Shown: piece after piece, positions 12,261 through 26,019 of the stretch
How positions within the stretch are numbered: position 1 is the stretch's first letter
Layout of the letters: every line of letters begins with the position of its first letter
Assembly: GCA_026026165.1 (NCBI GenBank)
Contig: JAPEUD010000016.1
Span: 62,001 to 126,000 of the forward strand
Reading direction: 5' to 3'
Source of the DNA: Sarea resinae
Taxonomy: Eukaryota
DNA length: 64,000 bases
Made by a program: the position numbers and the translations under genes
The notes under the pieces: model-generated
What the model was told of the DNA's origin: nothing
What the model saw: the letters and a program-made list of their open reading frames with translations, nothing else
Database searches by the model: none

Positions 12261-14338
12261 CAACTAGGTTTCCTAAGGATGGAGTAACTTTCGAACCGCA
12301 GTCACCGCGACTGTATGACTTCAGAGCTGAAATTGCCAAGTTTTCGGCTAATTGTTGCACCGACGAACACAAATACCGTACCTGCAAGTCTCAGCAAAAG
12401 ATTGATAATATTGTCGATCTTTTCTGTAGGCACGCAGACGTAGTAGTGCAAATAATATGAAAGAGCCAGAACCATCCACACGACCGTAATGCCTGTCGAT
12501 CCCCGCTTGTCGACTATATATGTTGAAATCCAAGGTAGCGCGCAGCTGATTAGAAAAGTCCCAGTAGGCGAATCCTCGATTGAAAGTATGATTATAAAAA
12601 CACAAGCGAAATATAGAATAAACAAAGAAGGACTGGAATTACACATCGAGCTACAATTATAAACGCATTATGAATATATATCTTTCTGAGATCCACGCCT
12701 AGAATCTCAGTTGATTGTGAACAAACAAGAGCATCCTAGTATCACAATTCCCTATAGGATGATGCTATACATTTCGCTTTTGTCCTAGCCTACTTTCTCA
12801 CAGTATAAGAGCAAGACGAGAGTCTATCATTAAAAGCATGACGAAAGACATATGCTAGAGCCTTGATATAGATACTGCTTCCCTGTCTTTGATACTAGAT
12901 GATGCTTCCCAGATGACATCAGGAGCAATTGTAGACTGATTGGAGATTGCTCATACCCCTAACAGGCCATGACAGCAAACGGACGGCATTCGAAATCTAG
13001 CCCTTAACGGTTATCTTCATCACCGAAGTCAAAATCTGCTCGACTCCTGAGATGCATCATCGCTATACATTGTGATCAGACAATTACCCATCCCATCAAA
13101 GTCGAAAGAGGGTCATTCGCCGGCCTTTTAAAGACTGGCAATTTGCGTTCCAGCCACAGTACAGAGCTGTTAGGGGTCCAAATGGTTTAGGTGACCCGGA
13201 GGTCTTATACCACCAGGTAGTCTGCTCCAAGGGTGCGGACTGGTCCACCCGCTGATGATCGAATCCCACATTCCATATCCGGGTATCTGTCACGAAACGA
13301 CGCGTTAGATTGAGTGTTGAACTCACTCAGCAGCATGGAAAACACCAAAATCCGTGTGCAATTCATCATCGTTGCATGCCGAATTATCGCCCGAACACTT
13401 GGCAAAAGGGCAAAACTGATCTTTCAGCACGTCGAGGCTGACGAACCTTTCGATCTCGTAACAATACCGAGTGAGGATTTCCTGTCGAACAGAAGGATCG
13501 GCTAGTGAATCGGGGCTGCTGGCAAACTTGCCGCATACCAGTCGAGCAGCATTGCCGTTTGACTTATGAAGATGACTAGGCGGCCGAACTGTGTGTATTT
13601 TGACCCGAAAACAGTGACTGCAGTGTAGTAGGATAGGCTACCCACTCACTTATACCTCTAGGCCACTTACACATAATAACAACAACAAAGCTGTAAGACA
13701 AACAATTAAAGGCTCTCTTCATTCTCTCAGACCAACAAAAACGCTCTCATGAGTCAATCATCGGAGATCAAGAAAGAAACAAAGAACGGATGAAAGAAAG
13801 AGGGAACGGCAAACAAGCACGTACGAACTAGAGCCGAGTAATTTGTGGGAACGATGCAAGTGGAGGAGCTCGCAGAGACTCCGGGCCGGCTCCACTCCGA
13901 GATGCATGTCGGGGAATTGGTTTTACCGGGCTTTATCTTCCATATGTTCCATCAAGCCCGGTTTTATGTTACTCTGGTCCCGAGGTAATTTTGTACTTTA
14001 CTTGGTAACAAGTACCTGAAGCACCTACCGATCACGTAGCGATCGGCCACTCGGCACCCAGTCAGTCAGCTTCATACCTGAGGGTGGAACATTGAGTTTT
14101 TGGAACTTTGATTCTATTTTGGAGGAAGATCAAAATGGCCCGATACTCCATGTGAAATGAGAAAAAATGATCATAGTACGCTACAAAATGGTAGAAGTGA
14201 ATCCAAACAGAAATCTGGAGAGATATCGCTAAAAGGGGTTGTCTAAATGGCCGTGAAAACATGCTCTCCGTGACAACGTCTTCGAAGCAAGGGTATAGAA
14301 GATTTCCGCTCCGTAGACACCGTCGCCGGACTCGTCGT

Positions 14339-16470
14339 CTACCATACATCTTCCTGTGACGGAAATCAGCAATGAATTATGATGATTCAATGGAATGTCT
14401 TCTTACCTGGTAGTGTGCTGACGTTCTCATCCCCTTGACGACCTCTTCTGCGGCAGTTGCGTCCAATCCTCTCGATTCGGCAATGAGATCTGTGATGACA
14501 TGGTGAACATCTCGCGCCATTCTTCCGGCATCACCGCAGACGTAAACGTAAGCACCTTGCGACAGGAGATCGCAGACCTCCTTGCCGTGCTCCTTTAGTC
14601 GGTTTTGCACATAGACCTTCTGTGCACCTTCTCTTGAGAAGGCAGTAATAAGCTTGAAGTTCTTGCCGATGGCAGCCTGATATTGCTTCCACTCGTCTTG
14701 ATAGATGAAATCTTCCTTGGAGTTTCGGCACCCGAAGAACAACAGTGTTGGGCCGACAGACTGTCCGGACTTGGCATTTTGAGCTCGCTCCTGGACGAAA
14801 GCTCGGAAGGGAGCAACACCAGTACCAGGGCCAATCATGATGATGGGTTTTGAGGGATCAGTGGGAAGTCTAAAGTTGGAGTGGCGGACGAAGACCGGTA
14901 CATGGATACCGTCGTACTTGTTCCGTGGACCACTGATAGAGTAGCTCACACCGTGAGGTTCGGGGGCGACATTTCCGTGTTGCTTTTGCATCAATGCCAT
15001 AAGGTAGTTGGTAGTGACACCGCGCAATTCGAGAGGGGAACCGGGAATCTTAATTCTGTCCACGACAGCCGTGATGGAAACCTTGTTCTTTTGAACCAAG
15101 GATGAGGAAGAGATGGAGTAGAATCTTGGCTGCAACTTGTGGAAACCCTCGATGAGGAAAGACAGTGGTACGTTCCATGGTCCCTTGTCCAGTTTCTGGA
15201 GGGTCTGTGCAAGATTCAGGTAGTGGTTGGCGATTTGTTCATGGAAATAATCTTTGTCCGAACCGAGCTTGATCAGTTCCTGCTTTGAAGAGTCCGTAGG
15301 GGCGAAATTGGCGAGACCAGTGAGAAGTTGTCTTGATACGGGAGCACAGATTTCGAGATAGTATTCGAAGACTGCCTCGTAGGTGGTCGGTGTCGGGAAG
15401 TGAAGCTTAGCGGTGGGTTCAAGCGGGCTGATGTCAATAACGGTGTCACGCTTTGAGCTGAGGCCGAAAACTTCGAGGCATCGCTCTACTTCGACTCTGG
15501 CATTTGTTGGTAGAATTGCCAGATGATCACCGGTCTCGTAAGCGAGATTCGACTGGCTAAGGTCGATTTCGATATGCATGCAGTTTCGGTCCTTGACGCC
15601 GAAGAGCTCTTTGGATTCCACAATCGGGGCGACGTAGGGATTGTTTGAGTGGTAAGGACCCTTGGCCGTGCCATTCAGCTGGGCTGCGTTCGGCTCGCCG
15701 ACGAAAACTTGGCTCGAATCCTTGGTCAAGGTGGAAGACTCCTCGACATTGAAAACAGCCTCGTAGACGGATTCGCGTTCCTCGAGGTTCATTGCCTGAG
15801 CGAGTTGTGCCCACATGGTCTCTTTCCACGTCAAGAAATCTTCCTCCAGAGTTCCCTCGCTGTCGTCACCCTCACCAACGGGTCCGATGCGGGTAGCCCC
15901 GAGGGACTCGAAGACAGTGTTGATCTTGTGGATGACAGCGTTGTAATATTCATAAGTCTTGTTGCCAAGACCAAAAGTAACATATTTGATGTTTCCGAGA
16001 GGGCGATCGCTGACCGATCCACCCTTTTGGAACTGGACTTGGTCATCGGTGAAGAAATTGTAGAAATCGACCGCATTATCGGTGGGCTCCCCTTCACCGT
16101 AGGTCGAAGCCACCACCATCATGACTTTGTCCTCGGGGAAATTGTCGAGATCCTCGTAATCATAGTCCTCGAGATTGGCGACCATGGTCTTGAGGCCGAA
16201 CCGGGAGTGGCCCTCCTTTGCTAACCGATTGGCATAGTCTTCGGCGTTGCCGGTCTGAGTTCCGTAAAAGACAACGCAGTCCTTGTCAGCTTCCACCATG
16301 GACTCGACAATCGACCGTTCTTTGTTGAAGGTTCCTTCATTCTTGGCACCAGTTGCAGCGGCTTTACCGAAAGGCAGGAATGCTTTAATCTTGTCACCGA
16401 ATTGGTGGAAGACTATCGCAGCGACGAGAAAGGCGAGCACGATTGTGCTGACGAGATCTGAGTCGGCCAT
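14339..16470 (-). CDS. cpr: NADPH-cytochrome P450 reductase
   Basis: Exon 16470-14407 plus terminal micro-exon 14353-14339 (EDVW*). N-terminal TM anchor, FMN motifs YGTQTGNAE, STYGEGEPTDNA, FGLGNKTYE, FAD motif RFYSISSS, NADPH motifs MIGPGTGVAPF and YVCGDA. Confidence 0.97.
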
Positions 16471-17250
16471 TTTGTCGAGCTGAGAGACACAAGATTTAGC
16501 GGAGGGTTTCCTCGTCTCACTCGGAAAGCGATCCTGTTTCTTCTCTTACCTTGAAGACAGTGACGAGTGATGAGAAATGAATCGAACCCTTCAAGACCGA
16601 CAAGTTCGAGAGCACAAGGAGATGGACACGTAATTCTTGAGACGGAGGAGGGGGGGGAGTATGTAGGTAAATAAAGGGAGGGGGAGGGACGATTTGTTGA
16701 CTCCACTGCGGCTAGCGTCGTCTTGCGAGTGCAGCTAACTTCGGATTCATGTGATGCAATAATCAGAGGATGAGAGAGAAGGACGCAGGTGGTTTAGGCT
16801 TTGTCTGGACTTTGGGCTGGAGAACGTGGGCGATTAATAGACTTTTGGGGCTGACGGGGTAGAGGCATGTTTCTTCATCATCATCCTAGCCCTCGAGGTC
16901 GGCGGGCCACAACCTGAGTCGAGGTAATCGGGTACATAGCCCTCGGAGGGTCGGCCAAATGGTGGAGAAACTGGAGAAGCTGGGAGCTGGGAGCTAAGAG
17001 CGGGTCGCATCATCTTTTGGAGGCGTCATGGAGAAGGGCATGGGAGGGGGTGGGGAGAGGGGGAGGGGCCAGGATGAGGGCACATTACAGACAGCTTAGG
17101 ATGATCACTTCGACAAGAGGGCCAATGAAGAATGATTCGCGGCAATTGAGGATTCGAGTGGTCAAGTGGGTGAGTGAGTGGTAGTGGCAGTCGAGGCTCA
17201 GGTGGCAGATCCGCAACAACAACGACGATGATACTAAGATTGGTAGACAC

Positions 17251-17252
<2 letters not shown>

Positions 17253-17286
<34 letters not shown>
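17253..17286. repeat. (AG)17 microsatellite
   Basis: Read directly; lies in the cpr/KstD-like divergent intergenic region. Confidence 0.95.
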
Positions 17287-17288
<2 letters not shown>

Positions 17289-18916
17289 TGTGTGTGTGGC
17301 ATCTCCCGGGTCCCTGTACCCTGTTCCTGCCGTCTACCGTCCGGCGACGGTCTGCACGTCCAGACAACATCGACCGTACGCACGCCCGCCCGGGCCAAAT
17401 AGTCATCCGAGGACTCCAGCCGGTACTCACGCCGTACCGCATCAGTACCTACTATGAGTAAGGTAGGTAGCCATCCATGGATAGGTGGTGAACTCCGAGA
17501 GTCGAACGTCGAGAGCCCCGAGTCATGAAGACGGAATAATTTGGTTCCCCCATGTGCCTGCACCAACATCGAAGACGGCGCTAACGAGCAGCGTCTTACC
17601 TGACGGGATGCACTACGAGCACCGACGGCGTACACCGCAACAACACCCTGGAAATCAACAGCATTCGTGACCACGGTCATCTGCACTCCCCTACCACCGC
17701 ATGTCGACTTGGGTGAGAGGGAAGTTGACTGTGCCAGACTGATACGTATACGGAGCAGTAGTACTGTAGAAGAAGGAAAAGTGTCATCTTGTTGTCCTGG
17801 GGCGATGCGAGGTCACCATGTTCGGATGGTGGCCGTCTCTAGAGTACCGAGTACGTCAAAAGACGGCAAGGAACTGGAAGGCGAAAAGATACTTGAGGTG
17901 GTCGCCAGAGTACGACTCCAAGTGCGACACTACGACTGGAATGTTGCAAAGTTGTTCCGTGCCGAGGCCCCAGCTTCCGTCACCACCTCACCATCAATCA
18001 ATGGGAGCAGAGACGAGACGAGACTGCAGAGACTGTCCATCTTTAGAGTAGTCCAAATCCTGCCCCGATCCTTCCGGCTTAGTGTCAAGGCACTAAATTG
18101 CTCACCTTTCCTCACTGACCTTCGTCCCCTCGGCCGGCTCCCCTCAACGTGCCCCTGAAGATCGATCACTGAGCGTTTTCGACCCTATGGGCCCCCCAAG
18201 TGTGGGGACGATCAGTGGGGAAGCCCTGTGCAATTGCACGACTTCATGGGGAAGCAATTCTGGGGAAGCGACTGGGGAGATGAGATGCCGCCGCTTCGGT
18301 TGGCATGCAGTACATCACCGTTCCTAATCCCCCAATGACCTCCGTCTTTCTGCTTTTTCTTGCCTCGGCACCGAAGGGGAAGCCTCTGCCAGGGTGCATC
18401 TCCCGACTGCCCTCTCGGAGTAACTGATCCTTTTCATCCAAGCCCTAGCCACGGCTCTGCTCGATCGGCCAAGGCTGCTGACGGTCTTACAGGGAACACG
18501 AGGCTCATGAACGTCATGAGGAAGCTCTTGCTACCATGTGTGGATACGTGCCCTCCAGTTTCATCCGCGCTTAGCCTACCTTCCCCTGTTTTATTCTGCT
18601 TCGCTTCCTTTTGTGCCGTCCCCATCGTTGAGGGTCCCTTTTGCCGATTGGACCTCATGCAGAACCCTATGGGGATGATATATTGGTCTGACCTGTCTTT
18701 GTCATCGTCATTGCTTAGTGTTTTCTTCTCGGAAGGGCGTTTCGCCGGCCTCTGAGCCGCCAATCCCCGCATTCTGTCGATCTCTAATTAAGTTTGGAAT
18801 CTTTCTTCTGGCAACGGGAACTGTGTCAGAACCGTTGAGCTGGAGTTGGAAGTTTTCGTTTGGGAATTTCACGTTGAAAAGGTTTCTTTTGCGTACATTT
18901 GTTCAGAGGTGCTGCG

Positions 18917-20723
18917 ATGAATTGCCTTCGTCTTACACGGCAGGCCTGTCCCAGGAGATATTCTGCCACTCCCCAGCTGGTCAGGCAATGCCGTAGCTAC
19001 GCGTCCGTCGTCGCGCAGGTGAGCAGCTCTGTTCGGAAAAAGCTGATAGAGCTGACACGAAGTTCAGACTTCCAAATATGATTTGGACGTCGATGTTGCC
19101 GTCGTTGGCTCCGGGTGCTCGGGCATGACTGCTGCCGTCGTAGCCGCAAGCCATGGCCTCAAGGTTCTCGTGCTCGAGAAGACCAAGTACTACGGAGGGA
19201 CGACGGCATACTCTGGAGGAGGCGCCTGGATCCCCAACAACAAACACCAGCCTGCTATCGGAGTCGAAGACTCTCGCGAACAAGCAGAGACATATCTCCA
19301 TCACATCCTCGGCGATCTCTACAATGCCAAAAAGGTCGAATCATTTTTAGACAGTGCCCCAAAGATGGTGGACTGGTTGGAGAAAAATTCCTCGGTCAAA
19401 TTCAAGCCCGTCCCTCTACCAGACTACCACATCGGCACCGAAGGCTCAAACGTCGGCCGTACAATCCTCACGCAGGAATTCGATGGCAGGGAATTGGGTC
19501 GTCTGGTCAAAGACTTGCGTTATCCTCTTCAAGGCTACTCCGCGTTTGGCAGCATGCAGGCCGACCCTGCGGAACTGGGGATGCTGACCAACCCCTTTGG
19601 CAATCTCAAGAACTTTTCCCACGGCACCGCCAGAATCACACGCTACCTTGTCGACCTCGTGCGTTACGGCAAAGGCACCGAACTCGCCAACGGAAACGCC
19701 CTTGCCGGCCGTCTCCTCCACTCGGCCATCCAAAAGAACGTCGACGTCTGGAACGAATCGCCCGCCATCAAGCCGATTGTCGACTCGTCCCGGGTCGCTG
19801 GCCTCGTCGTCCGCAAGAATGGCAAAGACGTCTCCATCGGCACGCGCCACGGTGTAGTCCTCGCATCCGGCGGCTTCGGTCGCTCCGAGGAGATGAAATC
19901 CTACCTCCCGCACGAATGGTCCGCCCAGCCGCGCGGCAACACGGGCGATGGCAAGCGCATCGGGCTGGAGAGCGGTGGCGCCCTGGGGCCCGTGAACCCG
20001 GACAACGGCATCTTCGCGCCCATTTCGCTCCGTACGCCTAAATCGGGTCCCGTGCGACGTTTCCCGCACTTTGCCATCGACCGCGCCAAACCAGGCTCCA
20101 TCATCGTCGACACGAGCGGGACCCGGTTCGCCAACGAATCCCAACCCTATCAGGAATTCGTGCGCACCATGCACGAGAAGAAGATCGACAAGGCCTTTTT
20201 CATCGCCGACAGTGTCTTCCTCAAGAAATACGGCATGGGTATGGCACTGCCGTGGCCATACCCCGTCGGCCGTCTCATCCGCGAGGGGTACCTCATCTCG
20301 GCGCCGTCCATCCCGGCCCTAGCGGCCAAACTTGAAATCTCGCCCTCGACGCTCGAGGCGACGGTGTCGGCTTGCAACGAGCACGCGCGCACTGGCGTCG
20401 ACACGGCCTTCCACCGTGGCGAAAACCTCTACGACACCTTCTACGGCGACGCAGGCAACAAGCCGAACCCGTCGCTCGGCGTCTGCGCCAAGGGGCCCTT
20501 TTACGCGCTGCCGCTCTACCCGGGCAACGTCAGCACCATCTTCGGGCTTCAGACGGATGAGCACGCGCGCGTCGTCGATGGCCACGGCGAGGTCGTCCAG
20601 GGTCTCTTTGCGGTGGGCTGCGATCAGAATTCCGTCATGCGCGGCACGTATCCCGGCGGCGGATCGAGCATCGGGCCTGGCATGACGTTTGGCTATCGTG
20701 CAGGTTTGAAGTTGGCTAGTTAG
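18917..20723 (+). CDS. FAD-dependent oxidoreductase, 3-ketosteroid-delta1-dehydrogenase (KstD)/FAD_binding_2 family, with predicted mitochondrial presequence
   Basis: Exon 18917-19018 (MNCLRLTRQACPRRYSATPQLVRQCRSYASVVAQ) splices in phase 0 to 19068-20723. Motifs VVGSGCSG, GGTTAYSGGGAWIP, LPDYH, LASGGF, NTGDG, RFANESQPY, YPGGGSSIGPGMTFG. Confidence 0.9.
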
Positions 20724-21544
20724 GTACCTTTTGTTTAATTGCTCGTGGTGAGCCGAGGTAAGACTGGAAGTGGTAGTGCCAGGGAGGATTCCGTCTGTCT
20801 GTCTGTGCGTCTGTTCATCTAGAGGGCTCGTCATCGTTGCCCCCATAGTAGATTTTCTTTTCCTCTTTTTCGTTCATTCTTTTCCAGCCAACCAGCCAGT
20901 CAGCCAGCCAGCCGTCCTAGTAGATTCTCGGGAGTTTTTGCGTTTGTGTGGTTCAGCTTCCCTTTGGGTTCTGTTTAGCATTACGGGGTCTTGACGTTTG
21001 GGATTCGTTCCGCATCTATCCATCCATCTATTACTGTAGAGATTCTCGTGGAGAATGATCTAGTATCGTATCGCATAGTATAGTATTCATCATTACCGAA
21101 CTAGAACATGCTCTGTGATTGTCTACTTGCATACGTAGCTAAGTGTTTCGCCGTCTAGTCGGTCGTCATTGTTATTAACTGTATAGTGCTTGTGGGCGTA
21201 ACGGTCATTGCTATCGTGGTTGCTGGCGTGGTTGTGAGTGTTACTATGATTGTCATTAGAAGTTATTACATGTATGTATTGTTATGAACTGATGGATCGG
21301 TTGATTTCATCGCATCATTTTATGAGATGCCCATATTATAAACACCTACCTACTCTCCCGACCTAATTTGGGAAGACAAGGACCTTGGCTTACCTTACCG
21401 TACCTTAGTATCGAAAAGATTCAGAAGGTTCAGAGATAGATTAGAGTTAGAAAGAGAAGGAGGTAGATAGGTAAGTAGGTCTATATGGCCCTAGAACTCT
21501 CTTTCTTCTTCCTTCTCTTTCCTCTTCCTCCTTTATCTTTCTCT

Positions 21545-21604
21545 TTCTTCTTCTTCTTCTTCTTCTTCTTCTTCTTCTTCTTCTTCTTCTTCTTCTTCTT
21601 CTTC
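21545..21604. repeat. (TTC)20 microsatellite
   Basis: Read directly. Confidence 0.95.
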
Positions 21605-21692
21605 CTTTTTAGTATCGCTTCTACTACAGACCAAGTTCCTATTTTCTTGGTTTAGTTGTTTCTATATTTATTTAAAAAAGAGAAAAGAGAAA

Positions 21693-21733
<41 letters not shown>

Positions 21734-22202
21734 AAACGTCTGTGTATAAGATAAGCTCTAGTGAAGTGAGGTGAGGTAAGGTGATAGCTTAGAAAGAGAG
21801 TCACAAGGGATATCAAAAAGGGGTTAAAAAGGGATACTAATAGGATACAGAAGTGCTTAGGTAGGAGATAGGATAGGGAGAGCTAGAGTAGGATAGGTCA
21901 AGGAAGGGTATACTAGGGACAGCATAGAGTAGGGCGGAATAGGATGGGGTAGAATTGATGGTTTGTTAGGTATGAGGTATGAGGTATGAGGTATGAGGTT
22001 TGAGTTTGATTGTTTATATAGATAAGGTATCTGCTTTCTCATGTCTTTCTCTTGAGTCCCTTCTCTTGTCTTGTCTTTCTCCTGCCGAATTCCTTCTAGC
22101 TAGAGACGTATCTCTCTCTCTCTCTCTCTCCCACACACACACATAATCCAGACAAAGCCAACCAAACCCCTCCAGAAAAAACAGCAACACACTAATTTCT
22201 AC

Positions 22203-23096
22203 CTACTTGACCTGGTGCAGGCCCATGATATGCCACGGCACGACGAAGACGGCGTAGCAGTCGAAGAGCGCATCGATGCAGTTCTTGAACGAGGGCCGGT
22301 GCTCGAAGTCGACGTGGTGGGCCTGTTGTTTTGGGAAAAAAGAGGGGGTTAGTGTGGGGGGTTGGAGATGGAGAGTGGGAATGAGAATGAGATGGGGATG
22401 GGGGAATTGGGGGGAAAATGACAAGGAGGAAAAGAAAGGGGGAGAGGAGAGGAGGAGCAAAACAAGATGGCCAACTCACATCGACCGAGTCCCAGTTGAT
22501 CAGCAGCACCTGCGCCTGAGGATCCTCAATCTGCGGCGAGATGAAGAAGCCATTGCAGCCGGGCTCGCCGTCCAGCAAGGGCGCGACCACCTTGCCGAAC
22601 TGGCTGTAGTACCGCGCCACCTTGCCCTCGACGACCTCGGTCCACGCGACCTCGAGCGCGGGCGAGTTCACGATCGACTCGAGGTGTTTCGGCGATGACA
22701 TGGGCCCGACGTCGACCAGGGCGTGCTGCTTCCAGATGATCTTGCGCCCGTTCAGCGCCGGCTGCACGTCCGTCGTGAAGGTGAAGTAGTCGGGCGAGGT
22801 GTAGAAGGCGTGCGAGGCCGCCAGGTCTTTCCAGAGCAGCAGGTACACTTTGGTGTATGTCTCTTCGTGCTTGAAGCCTTTCCATACTTTTAGCAGGCCG
22901 GGGGCGCTGTTGCGATGAGCGGGTCAGTCGGGGCTTGTTCGTCTGGGCCGACGTTTGGAGTCCGGGACACTGGGATGGGGGACACGTACGAGAAGAGGAT
23001 CTTGAGGGGCCCGGCGAGGTTCTCTTCGATCTCGGCATCGCGGGCGGGGCGGTGCGGGACGACGAAGACTTGCAGAGCTTGCTTGTCGGCGGCCAT
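22203..23096 (-). CDS. Uncharacterised two-repeat dimeric alpha/beta-barrel (ABM/EthD-like) protein, about 217 aa
   Basis: Exons 23096-22990, 22906-22480, 22322-22203 with canonical splice sites and strong C/G-ending codon bias. Two similar halves end in LLLWKDLAASHAFYTSPDY and LLINWDSVDAHHVDFEHRPSF, matching the W-x-S-x-x-A-H-type pattern of ABM-like barrels. Fold call is inference. Confidence 0.75.
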
Positions 23097-24176
23097 GTTG
23101 TTGATGATGGTCAATTGGAGAGGGAGGCAATGAAGATGGAGGCGTATGGCGATGGATGGCAATGGCAATGGCAGTGGCAGTGGCAATGTCAATATCAACA
23201 GCAGAAGTGAGAGTAGTGATGGTCGGTCAGAGCGTGCACGACTCGAATCGGGATATATATCAGCGTAGTGGATTTCATTTCAGTAGAGGGCTAGGTCGTT
23301 GCTTTCCAATGTTTGCACAACCCCACCGACCTTAGTTATGCAACGACACAGCATGGCCTTGATCTCCATCTTACTCGTCCACAGCACTTAGAGCCGGAGC
23401 GGAGGGGAGGGGAGGGGAGGGGAGGGGAGGGGAGGGGATGGTCTCCACACCAGCACACAGGGATGCAGGCGGAGACCTCATTCATTGACGGATCATGGAC
23501 GGATGGCGATGGCGATGGCCATGGTGATGGCGACAGTAAAGATTGAGGATGGCAGAAGGGATGGAGGGGCAGGGTACGCCGCCGCCGACCGGGGGACTTG
23601 CCGGATTGCGGAGAAGACGCAGCAGAACCCGCGGGGTCAGGGACGGTCTCGAAGTATCTTTGTCGTCTACCACGTACCTGTAGTAAGAAGATGGACCGAC
23701 GCGAGTCAAGCACACGAGAGGTCTCGGTCGGTCAAACAATAGTCCTCCCAGGCCTGTACGCACCTGCAGTACTCGTAGCAGACGACGAGGACGACGACGG
23801 CGGGACGGCGGCACGGCTGGGAGAGATCTGACAGATGGAGACGGAGATGGAGATGGAGATGGAGGTGGAGATCTCCACAGTGACCCTTAGCACTGCTCAC
23901 TACTGCTGGTGCTGCCGCCTCACGAGACCGTCGTCAGACCAAGAAGACACACGACGGAGATGCCCCGACGTGACAGGAGGCTGCATCGAGATGGTGGGCC
24001 GGAGAGGCCATGGATCTCTCAGTAGTCATAGTCAACAACACTTGGTGATATACACACAGACACACAGCTTCGATAGCATCCAGAGCATCCAATCTCTCTC
24101 CATATCGATCAATTGAACCCATCGGCGCCTCATTGCCCACCCGCGTGTCTTGCCTCACTGCAACCCCTTCAACACC

Positions 24177-25189
<1,013 letters not shown>

Positions 25190-25956
25190 AGCTTCTATGT
25201 GGGGGTGTGTGAAGGGGGTTGGAAAGGGGAGGCGTGATGGCGTTTGGGAGGGGAGGGGGGGAGATGGAAGATAGAAGAAGATGAAGAGGAAGAGGAAAAG
25301 AAGAAGAAGAGGAAAGTCAAGAAGTACGACGGCACGCACGTTACTCTACATTAGCATCATCATCTCATCATAGCATATCATCTACCACCTCATCTACCAC
25401 GCCTATACATATCCACCACGTCCATCCACCACATCTTTCCCGCCTATCCAACAACACCCCTATACACATCCCCCTCTCTCCGATCGATCCCAGCACACCT
25501 ATCTTACCCCATTTCTCTTATCTACTACCACGTCCGACGCTCGTGCCCACACCACCCCCATCCCTATCCTTGTCCTCTCTATTGATCTGTCCGATCTCTT
25601 TATTCTATCCTCCACCACTGAATCCGACTTTTCGGGCTTGCTACCTCCTTACCTACCTACCTGCCTAGCGCTCCTAGAAATATCTGAATGTCTCCCTTTC
25701 CCCCCTCCTCCCCCATCCCCCCCGCCCCGCCCCTCTTGCTCTATCTACTCCACTCACCGCGCTAGACACGTCTATCTATCTCTCTAGGAGCGATACACGC
25801 CTCTCGATGCCTCTAGACGCCTCTCGACGCCTCTCCATGCGCCTATCTATCCATCCATCTGTCCATCCATAGACGCCAGTTTGTTTTACAATATGATCCC
25901 CGACGGATCCCAGATGCTTGAGATAAAGGGGCCAAGCAGAGGGAGAACAAGAAAGA

Positions 25957-26019
25957 GAAGAAGAAGAAGAAGAAGAAGAAGAAGAAGAAGAAGAAGAAGA
26001 AGAAGAAGAAGAAGAAGAA
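25957..26019. repeat. (GAA)21 microsatellite
   Basis: Read directly. Confidence 0.95.

Noticed and set aside
14339..14406. CPR apparently lacking its C-terminal Trp in the ORF track (ends HSIESS)
   Set aside because: A terminal intron restores the normal EDVW* end; the gene is not a pseudogene.
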